Source: Podarcis erhardii (lineage: Eukaryota). Taken from it: DNA of 64,000 nt. The stretch is taken from the NCBI GenBank assembly GCA_964252035.1, contig OZ176205.1; one strand, written 5' to 3'. How positions within the stretch are numbered: the stretch's first letter is position 1; each line of letters starts with the position of its first letter. The notes beneath the pieces are model-generated. The model searched no databases. It was not told the DNA's origin and saw only the letters and a program-made list of their open reading frames with translations. The translations under genes and the position numbers were made by a program. Of the stretch, positions 62,941 to 64,000 are shown piece after piece.

Positions 62941-64000
62941 TGAAATGTGGACACGCTTAAGGAGGTGTGATCAGTGATCAGAGAAGCCAAACCAGTGTTA
63001 GGTAAGAACCAAGCAAGAAGGACAAACAACCTCTCACACATCATGAAGTTTTGAGGGGATATGTACTGTGCTCTTATGTGGGCCTCATGCGCTGGGTATT
63101 GATAGGTACACTGGGACCTGAGGGAGCCATATTGGTGGCCCCCACTTTAGAAACTAACTGCAGCATTATAGAAGCTGCCTGCTTCACCATCTACAGACAG
63201 TACACAAATTGTCTAAACCTCTTCAGATATTCAGTGGCTTGTTCTTCTATTTTTGCCAGCAGTTGTTATGGTTCTGGGGTGGTACAAAAATATTTCTGTA
63301 ATCATAATATATGAAACGCTTTCCTGTGGTGATATTGTGTAAGCAAAATCTAATTCTTAAAATAGACTTGACTCCTGTACAGGGGAGGCAGGGGGAATCC
63401 CAGAACTCCATTAACTTTTTAATGAGTCAATGAATTTGGGCAGGAGAATTAATTTATTTCATCTGCAAAAAGAAACATAGAAAATATGTGCATTTTAATG
63501 GCCATGACTTCCAAGGAATATGTTAGACTTCAAAGAAGCCAATGAGCTGATATCACCATCTTTCTAGCTAACATTTTGCAAGGCTTGTCCTACGATAATA
63601 TTTGAAATAATTATACCTAGTTGACTCCAGACTCCATGTAAGCAAGTGCAATTCTATTAACTTGAAAAGAATTAATCAGGTGTGAATTCAGTTTGTTAAA
63701 TTAAATTAAAATCCAATATATACTAATGTTATGGGACCAAAAGCTGCCCTAAGAAGGAGGAGGCTGCCAAAATGTCTGCCAACATTAACTCTGAAAAAGC
63801 TACAAACTTATATGAAGTTCCTTAGGACAGCTTGCAGCCTGGCTATACTGTCATTTCTCAATAATGAAATGCAAAATGAACAACATAAGTTGTTTCAGGG
63901 GTTTTTTTAAAAATTCAAAGCGCTTAAAGGGAAATGCAGAATTTATTAAACCTGAAATGACCTTAGAACCTTTCTCCCAGATCGTTAGAGCTTGGAAAAA

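Noticed and set aside
1-64000. CRISPR arrays, rRNA genes, bona fide tRNA genes
   Set aside because: The DNA is eukaryotic with no repeat-spacer arrays, and the tRNA-like segments are SINE heads lacking a full cloverleaf.

Overview
AT-rich vertebrate genomic DNA, almost certainly from a squamate and probably a lacertid lizard, judged from Sauria SINEs, Squam3-like SINEs, BovB and lizard-type L1/L2. I could not identify any host protein-coding exon, so the window looks intergenic or deep-intronic, and most ORF-track entries are noise or transposon debris. The main elements are: (1) a full-length ~6.1 kb L1-clade LINE on the minus strand (27468-33555), with an intact 1246-aa ORF2, an ORF1 broken by one in-frame stop, a 14-bp TSD and a TT/AAAA target; (2) an internally deleted Ngaro-like tyrosine-recombinase retrotransposon (~5461-7840, minus) retaining a gag-like N-terminus, the recombinase catalytic C-terminus and a frameshifted SGNH hydrolase ORF; (3) many truncated LINEs, SINEs and MITEs. 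The most unusual observation is a single TSD-bounded insertion at 9640-10408 that joins an L1 3' end head-to-head with the 5' ~61 nt of 7SK snRNA in the opposite orientation, which suggests twin priming on two different RNAs. A second 5'-inverted insertion, from a non-L1 LINE, lies at 55785-56373. There is an assembly gap at 59318-59446. All matches were made by eye, no database search was run, and some repeat boundaries are approximate.
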